32,000 nucleotides of DNA from Kiritimatiellia bacterium (GTDB lineage Bacteria; Verrucomicrobiota; Kiritimatiellia; RFP12; UBA1067). This document shows positions 16,906 through 24,900 of this stretch, in pieces. Position 1 is the stretch's first letter. Each line of letters opens with the position of its first letter. The stretch spans positions 29,730 through 61,729 of the forward strand of contig DAOPZC010000022.1 in NCBI GenBank assembly GCA_035353175.1, in the 5' to 3' direction. The translations under genes and the position numbers were made by a program. The notes below the pieces were generated by a model that saw only the letters and a list, made by a program, of their open reading frames with translations, was not told the origin of the DNA and did not search any database.

Positions 16906-17249
16906 CACCATAGATGTCAGCATCAACCGCGTACCTTGCGCGTGTGGTGCGTATCAATGGCTGATCGAATCTACCTCTGCTGAACACGCTTACCTATCAA
17001 GGAGGCAGCCCAGCCCACCCGGCAGGACGTGCTCAAGCTGAAGTCAGAAGGGCGAGAGGAGCAGCGAGATCCAGTACGGCACAAAGGACATGCGCCTGCC
17101 GAGGCGCAAAGAAAAGTTGTGCCGCTCTGCCGTTTTTACGGTAATCCGCCGTTGACAATGGATGCCCAAAGCCCTAATCTCAATACCAAACTGATCAAGG
17201 GTGAAAGTTCTGTTATCCCTATAGAAACCCGCAAGATGAGGGCTATGAG

Positions 17250-17624
17250 ATGAAATTCATTTTTCCATTACTGAGTTTCCTTTTTCTCCTAATCACGTAT
17301 TCGGGAATCCGTAGGCAGCACGACTCTCACCGAGGAAGGTGTCCATGGGAGCCCGCACCTGATCGCAGTCCTATGACACTGGAACGTATGTGCGATCCGG
17401 ATGTGGGCTACGATGAGAAACTCGGTGCGGATTTCGAAGAAGCGGGACTTTGGATGACTCGGGGCGGCTGGCTGCGAGCGATCGTCTTCCTGTTTTTGGT
17501 TGCCGCCATTGTCTGGCTGGTTTGTACCAGAACCGAATATCCGTGGTATATGCGGTTGCCCCTCAGCCTACCCTGCGGTGGCGCCGCAGCAATGGCTCTC
17601 TACAATTTTCTTCACCGAAAATAA
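17250..17624 (+). CDS. hypothetical small membrane protein
   Basis: The protein is 124 aa. It has a hydrophobic N-terminus 'FIFPLLSFLFLLITY' and a further hydrophobic segment 'AIVFLFLVAAIVWLV'. It lies in the lower-GC part of the island. I recognise no homology. Confidence 0.4.
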   Translation: MKFIFPLLSFLFLLITYSGIRRQHDSHRGRCPWEPAPDRSPMTLERMCDPDVGYDEKLGADFEEAGLWMTRGGWLRAIVFLFLVAAIVWLVCTRTEYPWYMRLPLSLPCGGAAAMALYNFLHRK

Positions 17625-17747
17625 CCCCCCAACCCTTTCGGACTACTTGCCTCGGCTGGCTCATAATCAGGTTGCGGCGACAATCGTTGGTGTTTGGGTT
17701 GCAACTTGGACGCTCTGGAAAATCCTATAGCCTTATACGAGGTGTAC

Positions 17748-18455
17748 ATGAGTATTTTGAACAAGATCTTTGGAATAAAGAATGTTGCTCAACCGCGATA
17801 CAGTGGCGTTTTGAACTGGGAGCAGTTGCCGCCAATATCCACGATTGCGCTGCTTGATGCGGATGCTTTCAATCGAGCACCGGGGATTATTCACGGCATG
17901 CTTGGCTTTCGGGAGATTCTTGCCGATGCGGTCAAAACGGTTTTTCCTTGTGACCGACCAGACGTTCTCAAGGAGATGCTCGCAAGGAAGGGCCAGTTCT
18001 TGCTGTCTTTTGATGCCAGCGCCGGACTCGCCGCAAGTCGCCTTGGTTTTGCGACCAGTGCCCTTTGCACAGAGCATGGAATCGAGATTATTGAATCCAA
18101 TTCTGACGGACTCGGGATACCTGCACTCTATTCTGCGACACTGAGTGATGTGTTCGGTGAGTTTCACATCATCGTTGATGCGAACCTCACTAAAGAACAT
18201 TGGCAGTACCTATCGGCCATTATTGCGAAAGACAGGTGTCCGGCTCGTATGGGGTTTGGCAAGTCATCCGATGGTCGTTATGTGGCTGCTGTACTTCACA
18301 ATGATGTGGTGAAGGCGCACGACCTCGTTAGCATCGATGCTGGTCGGTCATTCGATGACTTTTGCATTGGTGCGATCACTCGAATGAGAAAGGAGAAAGT
18401 TCCATACGACATTATCCCCATGGGGCAGGTTCTCGCTCAAAGGTCCGGTAAATAG
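17748..18455 (+). CDS. hypothetical protein
   Basis: This is a 235-aa ORF from the ATG at 17748, where the ORF track begins at 17694. The composition is globular. It lies in the lower-GC segment. No motif was recognised. Confidence 0.5.
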   Translation: MSILNKIFGIKNVAQPRYSGVLNWEQLPPISTIALLDADAFNRAPGIIHGMLGFREILADAVKTVFPCDRPDVLKEMLARKGQFLLSFDASAGLAASRLGFATSALCTEHGIEIIESNSDGLGIPALYSATLSDVFGEFHIIVDANLTKEHWQYLSAIIAKDRCPARMGFGKSSDGRYVAAVLHNDVVKAHDLVSIDAGRSFDDFCIGAITRMRKEKVPYDIIPMGQVLAQRSGK

Positions 18456-18639
18456 CAAGCGCGCTCTCGTTGAGCAATAAGGGGACATATATGAATGGTG
18501 TTATGTCAGGAAAATGCGTTTGCCCGCTCGGCATGCTGCAGAAACTGGTCGATAAAGGATAACGTGCCGCTGCTGCCGAACCGCAAGGAGCCTAGGGAGG
18601 GTTAAGTTGATGTATAGCCTACAGGGTCATGCGATACTG

Positions 18640-18699
18640 CTCGCGAGGACGCTCGCCCTCCATGTGAAGCCAGGCGATTATTTGGAGCGTCCTCGCGAG
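18640..18699. repeat. perfect 15-bp inverted repeat (CTCGCGAGGACGCTC / GAGCGTCCTCGCGAG) with a 30-nt spacer
   Basis: The arms lie at 18640-18654 and 18685-18699. The repeat sits in the 0.7-kb non-coding gap between convergent genes. Confidence 0.6.
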
Positions 18700-19151
18700 C
18701 CGCAGCAGGTCGGCCATACATTTTCTGAAAATGCTCTAGGGCAGTGAACCATCGTCCGACGAATTACCAGTTGCTCACGAGTCCACGCCGCCAGTTCAAG
18801 GGAAACCCGCACCGCACGTCGTACAAAAGAAACCACCCACCTTATCTTAGCGCCATTCGCGACAGATATTTGGAACACTTTGCCACCTCCGCGCGTCACT
18901 TGTGTGACAGGGTTCCATGCTCTGGTTACGAGCACAATCCGAATTCGTTGGAAATTGCGGCCGCGATATCGCTGTAGATGACCTTAGCAAGTGCAGCAGA
19001 GTCTGTGTTAGTCCCGAGCCACTGCTGTGCTAGCCCTAACCTCCCTTTTGAGATCCATGAGTTTGGAGTTCGCGATAACCAATGACTGTTGACCAATGAC
19101 ATTCGTCTTCAGCCCTCCGTCTTCTCGAACCAACGTGGAAAAACAGTCTTT

Positions 19152-20954
19152 CTACAAGCGGCCAAGCATTCTATATTTCAGGCGACGGAGTTGCTGGATC
19201 CGTTTCTCAAGCAGCCAAGCCCGCCAGTCATCCTCCGGCACAAGTTCGTTGTAAGGGATGGCAGTCTCAAATGAACGGCAGTATGCCTCCCAGGCCTGCT
19301 GTGTGGCTTGAAAGGCCGCCGCGGCGGGAGGTATGTCGGATTTCTTTGCGGCCAGCAACGCGCCCAATTCATCGCACAGTCGCCGGTACTCTTCCCGAGT
19401 CTGGCGCGCATCGGACGGGATCGGCGTCAACATCTCTTCCCCAATGAGCGCCAGGTCAATCGCCAGATCCTGCCGCAGCGCGTTTTCTTGGCGGGCGCGA
19501 TCCGAGAAACTGTTCCGGTCGGAAAAGACCTCTTCGTTGGCGACCTGCAGCGCGATGAAGCGCACGCCTTGTTCATAGAGTTCTGGGTATCTACACCCAA
19601 CCAGACGCTTGCGCTCATAATAGTCGAGCCAACGGCGGATCTCACGCGGCGAATCGAAGTCGATACCCAGATCATCGCCGAAAAAGCCCAAGTCTCCATC
19701 TCGCCCCATGCCGGAGTTATCCTGCGCGTAAAGATAAGCCCGCCGCAGGTTCGCCAATAAACGATCGAGCCCGCCGCCGGATCGGACAAGGATACACTGG
19801 AAGATGTCCCACCGGAAAGCGGGGTCATGCGCGTAGTGCCAGGCGAGACTGATATGGTATCCTGGCTCCCCGTCGCCCCAGAGGTCGAGGTCGACCCCTT
19901 CTTCCTCCAGATATGCCCTCCGATCGCCCCAGCCCGAAGGGGTGTTGGCGCTGAGAAACAGGACCAGTTGAATCTGGGGCTCCTGACTGAGCCGCAAGTT
20001 GGGATTGGCCATTTTGGCGCTCTGATAGATTTCGTTCGCAAGCGCGGGATCCGCCGTGAAAAAACTCCGCGGATTGAAGACCAGCAGGTCCAGTATCAGT
20101 TCGAGGCTCTGACGCTCTCCCTGTCGTGCCCGCGGCTCCAATCGCCGGATCTCCCGTTTCTGCTCTTCGATCAAACTCCGCGCATGGGCTGGCGCCGCCC
20201 AGCACTGGACGGTTCGATAAGGATACTCATTTCTTATCAAGCATCGGCTGGGGTATTTATCACGATTATTAATATCGAATTGATCAGCCATGCAGGCCGG
20301 TCGGAGCACCCCATTCACAGATCGGTTGACCTCCTCGTAAGGCATATCCGGCAACAGCCGTGTCATCAGGCTGACCAAGCAACGGTGGGCCGTTTCTGGC
20401 TCTCGGGCCGGATAATCACGATGCGGGTCTTCCTCGGAGGTGTTCTGTTCCGCGTCATGCGTGCTCGACGGGGCCTCCAGTTGACGCTTGCAGACTCGCT
20501 CAATAAACGCGACAACGTCTTCGCACTGTTGCTCCTGAATCTCGATGACGCTGAGTGCGGATCCCGACCCCGTGCAGTCATTCCACTCTAAAGCACGACG
20601 CTCGGCATGACGCTTCGCGGCTCCATACGCCTCTTCGGCCAACAGTTTAACCTCGTCGGGATACGGCGCCGCGCACGCGCGCAAACGCTGCCGTCGCAAC
20701 GGCTCCTGGACGCGGATGGCCTCGGCAGAGAGGCGACGCAATTCGGCGAAGCAGAGGTCCCGCCCGGAGTCCGCCGAGCTGTCGTCCGCCCTTTCGTCGT
20801 CCTCACTGCCCGAGCCGAAGCCCACCTCCCCGTCCTCATGCCTGAAAAAACACGACTGAACTGAAGCGGCCAGGCCCGCAACCAAGAGCGCGCCGACAAG
20901 CGCCCACAGCGCGAGCCGTCGCAATTTCCGCAGCGTTTGACTTTTGTCGTTCAT
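19152..20954 (-). CDS. signal-anchored/secreted hypothetical protein with a possible C-terminal DUF1311 (LprI-like) region
   Basis: Starting from the ATG at 20954, the protein begins 'MNDKSQTLRKLRRLALWALVGALLVAGLAASVQSCF', which is an N-terminal TM or signal segment. The C-terminal 'FQATQQAWEAYCRSFE...WRAWLLEKRIQQLRRL' resembles the DUF1311 QxaWxxyrdxxC...R...L pattern. The ORF-track extension to 21242 is translated REP sequence. Confidence 0.6.
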   Translation of the reverse strand: MNDKSQTLRKLRRLALWALVGALLVAGLAASVQSCFFRHEDGEVGFGSGSEDDERADDSSADSGRDLCFAELRRLSAEAIRVQEPLRRQRLRACAAPYPDEVKLLAEEAYGAAKRHAERRALEWNDCTGSGSALSVIEIQEQQCEDVVAFIERVCKRQLEAPSSTHDAEQNTSEEDPHRDYPAREPETAHRCLVSLMTRLLPDMPYEEVNRSVNGVLRPACMADQFDINNRDKYPSRCLIRNEYPYRTVQCWAAPAHARSLIEEQKREIRRLEPRARQGERQSLELILDLLVFNPRSFFTADPALANEIYQSAKMANPNLRLSQEPQIQLVLFLSANTPSGWGDRRAYLEEEGVDLDLWGDGEPGYHISLAWHYAHDPAFRWDIFQCILVRSGGGLDRLLANLRRAYLYAQDNSGMGRDGDLGFFGDDLGIDFDSPREIRRWLDYYERKRLVGCRYPELYEQGVRFIALQVANEEVFSDRNSFSDRARQENALRQDLAIDLALIGEEMLTPIPSDARQTREEYRRLCDELGALLAAKKSDIPPAAAAFQATQQAWEAYCRSFETAIPYNELVPEDDWRAWLLEKRIQQLRRLKYRMLGRL

Positions 20955-20995
20955 GTTTTGTTTCTTTCTCCGCTCACAATCCGTGCGACCTTTCG

Positions 20996-21104
20996 CAGCG
21001 GGTTCGTAGCCCCCCTGTACTTTTCTGATCTCCCCGTTTGCCTCAGCGGGTTCGTAGCCCCCGCTGTACGTGTGCCCCGGTACAGCAGGCGCTACGAGCC
21101 TGCT
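20996..21104. repeat. REP cluster: two forward REP copies plus one inverted copy (a REPIN-like doublet)
   Basis: A slightly decayed copy, CAGCGGGTTCGTAGCCCCCCTGTAC, lies at 20996-21020. A second copy, CAGCGGGTTCGTAGCCCCCGCTGTAC, lies at 21044-21069. An inverted partner, GGTACAGCAGGCGCTACGAGCCTGCT, lies at 21079-21104. Each unit is itself a hairpin (AGCGGG/CCCGCT and CAGCAGGC/GCCTGCTG). Confidence 0.8.
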
Positions 21105-21733
21105 ATTTCTTCGAATTCCGGCCTCAGCCACTCCACGCAGCGTGTCCACGGCCAGTCGGCCCAGTTCTTCGTCAAGCCGGCCTTGACCGGATTCTCGCAG
21201 ATGTACCGCGCGACGCCGATCACCTTGGCCTCGTCGCGGCACCAGTGGTCGAAGCCCTCGCGTGCCCAGAAGGCGCCCGTGCGTCCCAGTATCCGGTTGG
21301 CTTGCCGCGCCACGTAGCTCTTATACTGACCGAGGTCCGCCAACAACTCTCCGCTACGGCCCTCACCGCTCCGCATCAGCAGGTGCATGTGGTTCGAAAG
21401 CACCGTGACGGCGTACACCTGCCAGCCGCGCGGCTTCTCAAGCCATTCGAGATTCGCCAACACGATTTCAGGCACGCCGGGTTGCGTGAGCCAGTCGCGC
21501 CGGTTGTCCACGGCATGCAGGCAGCGTTCCACGTGCAGGAATTGCCGCCGCGCCAGTTCCGTCAACCGCTCCTCATTCGCATCGGCTTTCGCGAGGGCGG
21601 CCCGTTCCGACTCCAGGTCGGCGACGACAGCTTTCGGAATCGTGCCCGCGAGCCGCAGCGTCACAAAGTAGGCATGGTCTGCCACCAACCAGTGCGGCAG
21701 GTTGCCGCGTGTGAAGCGCAAGGTCTCGACCAT
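21092..21733 (-). CDS. REP-associated tyrosine transposase (RAYT; IS200/IS605 TnpA-like Y1 HUH enzyme)
   Basis: The protein contains 'NLPHWLVADHAYFVTLRL', the HUH motif 'LSNHMHLLM', and the catalytic-Tyr region 'ARYICENPVKAGL'. It is flanked on both sides by REP doublets. The start ATG at 21733 was chosen because the upstream ORF extension is REP sequence. Confidence 0.85.
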   Translation of the reverse strand: MVETLRFTRGNLPHWLVADHAYFVTLRLAGTIPKAVVADLESERAALAKADANEERLTELARRQFLHVERCLHAVDNRRDWLTQPGVPEIVLANLEWLEKPRGWQVYAVTVLSNHMHLLMRSGEGRSGELLADLGQYKSYVARQANRILGRTGAFWAREGFDHWCRDEAKVIGVARYICENPVKAGLTKNWADWPWTRCVEWLRPEFEEIAGS

Positions 21734-21755
21734 GGATACTCCTTGTGTGCTTGGG

Positions 21756-21855
21756 CAGCGGGCTTGTAACGCCCGCTGTACTGGCCCTGGTACAGCAGGC
21801 GCTACGAGCCTGCTGCTGTCCATTCGTTCTCCTCAGCGGGTTCATAGCCACCGCG
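21756..21855. repeat. REP cluster: REPIN-like doublet plus one more forward REP
   Basis: CAGCGGGCTTGTAACGCCCGCTGTAC lies at 21756-21781. The inverted GGTACAGCAGGCGCTACGAGCCTGCTG lies at 21789-21815. CAGCGGGTTCATAGCCACCGCG lies at 21834-21855. Confidence 0.8.
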
Positions 21856-21917
21856 TCGGGAAGGTCGAGGAGATGAACACGCGTAACTTGCTCCGGGCGA
21901 ACTGGTTGCGGGATTCT

Positions 21918-24900
21918 TCATTGAGCGCTATCAACAACAAACGGATTGAACTTCAGGGCGCCGTGGCAGTGAGGGCAGGGGGCGAGGAGGCGTGGGTTCT
22001 CGTACGCGGAGTCGGGGAGCCAGAGGCCCTTGCGGATTTCCTGAGCGCCTTCCATTCCGATCTCCACAACCGGTTCTGGCGGCTCGAACAGCTTGCCGCA
22101 ATGGAGACAGCGGCAGGTGAGATGATCGTCCCACCGGTCGGGAGTGGCCACTGAGGTACCTTCGGCCTGTCTGCGGACTTCACCGAACATCCATAAGCGG
22201 GCAGGCGTGATGATCGACGGCCGGGAGGGCTGGAAGTTGACCGGCGTGAGAAAATGCATCTGTCCGTCGCCGGTGCGGCAGATTATGCGTTTGACCGACG
22301 GCGAGAACACAACGAATCGAATGTCAAACCCGGCATGGTAAACCGCCAGACAGGCACCGGTTTCCAGGTCCCAGACCCGCAGGGTCTGGTCGTTACTGCC
22401 CGAGACGGCACGCCGCCCGTCGGGGCTCACACTCACGCTCTCGACCCAGTCCCTGTGGCCTTCGAGGGTGCGCAGGCAGGCACCGGTTTCCAGGTCCCAG
22501 ACCCGCAGGGTCTTGTCATTACTGCCCGAGACGGCGCGCCGCCCGTCGGGGTTCACACTCACGCAATTGACTTGGTCCGCGTGGACTTCGAGGGTGCGCA
22601 GGCAGGCGTCGGTTTCCAGGTCCCAAACCCGCAGGGTCTTGTCAGTACTGCCCGAGACGGCACGCCGCCCGTCGGGGCTCACGCTCACGCACTTGACGTA
22701 GTCCGCGTGGCCTTCGAGCGTGCGCAGGCAGGCGCCGGTTTCCAGACTCCAGACCCGCAGGGTCTTGTCCCAACTGGCCGAGACGGCGCGCCGCCCGTCG
22801 GGGCTCACGCTCACGCTTACGTACCCGAACGAGCCCGCGTGGACTTCGAGGGTGCGCAGGCAGGCGCCGGTTTCCAGGTCCCAGACCCGCAGGGTATTGT
22901 CGAAACTGCTCGAGACGGCGAGCCGCCCGTCGGGACTCACGCTCAGTCTATTGACGAAGGATCTGTGGCCTTTGAGGGTACGCAGGCAGGTGCAGGTCTC
23001 CAGGTCCCAGACCCGCAGGGTCTTGTCGTAACCGCCCGAGACGGCGCGCCGCCCATCGGGGCTGACGCTCACGCAATTGACTTGGTCCGCGTGGACTTCG
23101 AGGGTGCGCAGGCAGGCGCCGGTTTCCAGGTCCCAGACCCGCAGGGTCTTGTCCCAACTGGCCGAGACGGCGCGCCGCCCGTCGGGGCTCACGCTCACGC
23201 TTACGTACCCGAACGAGCCCGCGTGGACTTCGAGGGTGCGCAGGCAGGCGCCGGTTTCCAGGTCCCAGACCCGCAGGGTCTTGTCATTACTGCCCGAGAC
23301 GGCGCGCCGCCCGTCGGGGTTCACACTCACGCAATTGACTTGGTCCGCGTTGCCTTCGAGGGTGCGCAGGCATTGGCCGGTTTCCAGGTCCCAGACCCGC
23401 AGGGTCCTGTCGGCACTGGCCGAGACGGCGCGCCGCCCGTCGGGGCTCACGCTCACGCTATTGACGAAGATTCTGTGGCCTTCGAGCGTGCGCAGGCAGG
23501 CGCCGGTTTCCAGGTCCCAGACCCGTAGGGTATTGTCGCGACGGGAAAGAGTTCCCGCTCCCGAGACGGCGCGCCGCCCGTCGGGGCTCACGCTCACGCT
23601 CCAGACCCATTCCGCGTGGCCTTCGAGGGTAGCTAGGCATTGGCCGGTTTCCAGGTCCCAGACCCGCAGGGTCTTGTCGAAACTGGCCGAGACCGCGCGC
23701 CGCCCGTCGGGGCTCACGCTCACGCTATTGACCGTGTGCGCGTGACCTTCGAGCGTGCGCAGACAGGCGCCGGTTTCCAGGTCCCAGACCCGCAGGGTCT
23801 TGTCGGCACTGCCCGAGACGGCGCGCCGCCCGTCGGGGCTCACGCTCACGCTATTGACCCAGTCCCTGTGGCCTTCGAGGGTGCGCAGGCAGGCGCCGGT
23901 TTCCAGGTCCCAGACCCGCAGGGTCTTGTCATTACTGCCCGAGACGGCGCGCCGCCCGTCGGGGTTCACACTCACGCAATTGACTTGGTCCGCGTTGCCT
24001 TCGAGGGTGCGCAGGCATTGCGGTCTCAAGGGGCGGGCGGGAGGCTGGGGCGTGCGCTTCAACCATGGCAACTTGCGTCCTGGAAGGAGGATTTCGGCTT
24101 GAACGGCCACCGGACCAGTATCAGCCCAGTTGAACGCCAAGGGTAGGACATCCTTGGGGAACTGCGAGAGAGGCGCCAAGTGTCCCGACACGAAGTTCGC
24201 GAAGTGCCGGAGGCGGGCGGCGCGTAGGGAGGATTCTTCAGGAATGGCGTGTTGGGCTTCGTCCCGCAGCGCGCCGGGCAGCGGCGGATAGGGCGGTTCG
24301 GGCCGCGTTTCGCCGCGTTCCTTGGCGAACCACCAGTCGCAGCGAACGAACGCGTAGTCCCGCAGCGCCTGGTTGAAGGCGAACATGGCCGCGTCGCGTT
24401 TGGCCAGCCGCTCGTTCTCCTCACGGAACTCGGGCAGTGCCGCCAGAGCGGCGTTGTAATCAGTCATCAGTTCATAGATCAAGCCGGATCGGGCTTTGGT
24501 CTCGACGCAGTCGAGATCGCATAGCACATCCACCAGCGGGTCCCATCGGTCGGCGCCAGGAGTCAACTCGGCGACCCGGTGCAGATGAAACGGCAGTTCG
24601 CTGGTCTTGCGGCTATTGGCGGGATCGGACCGCTCCGGGGCGCGGGCTGACTGACCGTCCTCTACCGATGGCGGCAGTAACCACGGTTGCCCGTCAAACC
24701 AGCCGGCCATGGTCTCGTGCAGGGGCAGGCGGGAGACGGCGTCCGGCAGGCAATAGGTCTGCACGGCTTCGCCGAAACTGCGATGGTAGAACCCGAACAG
24801 GGACGCGCCCTGGTTGCGGCGCTCGGTAAGGTAGAAGGCGATGTCGCCGTGCAGCCGCACCCAGATGGCGACCGGCAGGGCCTTGATGCGCTCGGCTTCG

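Larger units (their letters stand above)
20996..21855 (-). mobile_element. RAYT gene with flanking REP/REPIN units
   Basis: An identical 26-nt GGTACAGCAGGCGCTACGAGCCTGCT occurs at 21079-21104 and at 21789-21814, on either side of the RAYT CDS. Each copy is paired with a forward REP a few nt upstream. Confidence 0.7.

Noticed and set aside
17029-17253. 74-aa GTG-initiated ORF whose stop overlaps the ATG at 17250
   Set aside because: It has a non-ATG start, a basic low-complexity composition and no motif. The codon bias is not clearly coding. It is left uncalled, although the ATGA junction makes it worth a conservation check.
20955-21242. N-terminal ORF extensions in the track (19152-21242, 21092-21823, 21918-27152, 15052-16905, 2413-3396 and 27293-29209)
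   Set aside because: The extensions either translate REP hairpins (a recurring 'SRLVAPAVPG') or overlap the preceding gene. Internal ATGs with SD-like sequences or ATGA coupling, and alignment between the paralogues, support the shorter starts.
22350-24014. Possible CRISPR array or other non-coding tandem repeat
   Set aside because: The repeat unit is 126-141 nt with no unique spacers. The whole array is one open frame continuous with a NACHT gene, and the units translate to WD40 blades.
22254-24146. Plus-strand ORFs with a striking periodic sequence ('GFQVPDPQGLV.TARDGAPPVGAHAHA', 22254-23528, 23077-23745 and 23640-24146)
   Set aside because: They mirror the WD40 coding repeats on the minus strand. 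The periodicity is inherited from that array, and the minus-strand frame gives canonical WD40 blades.
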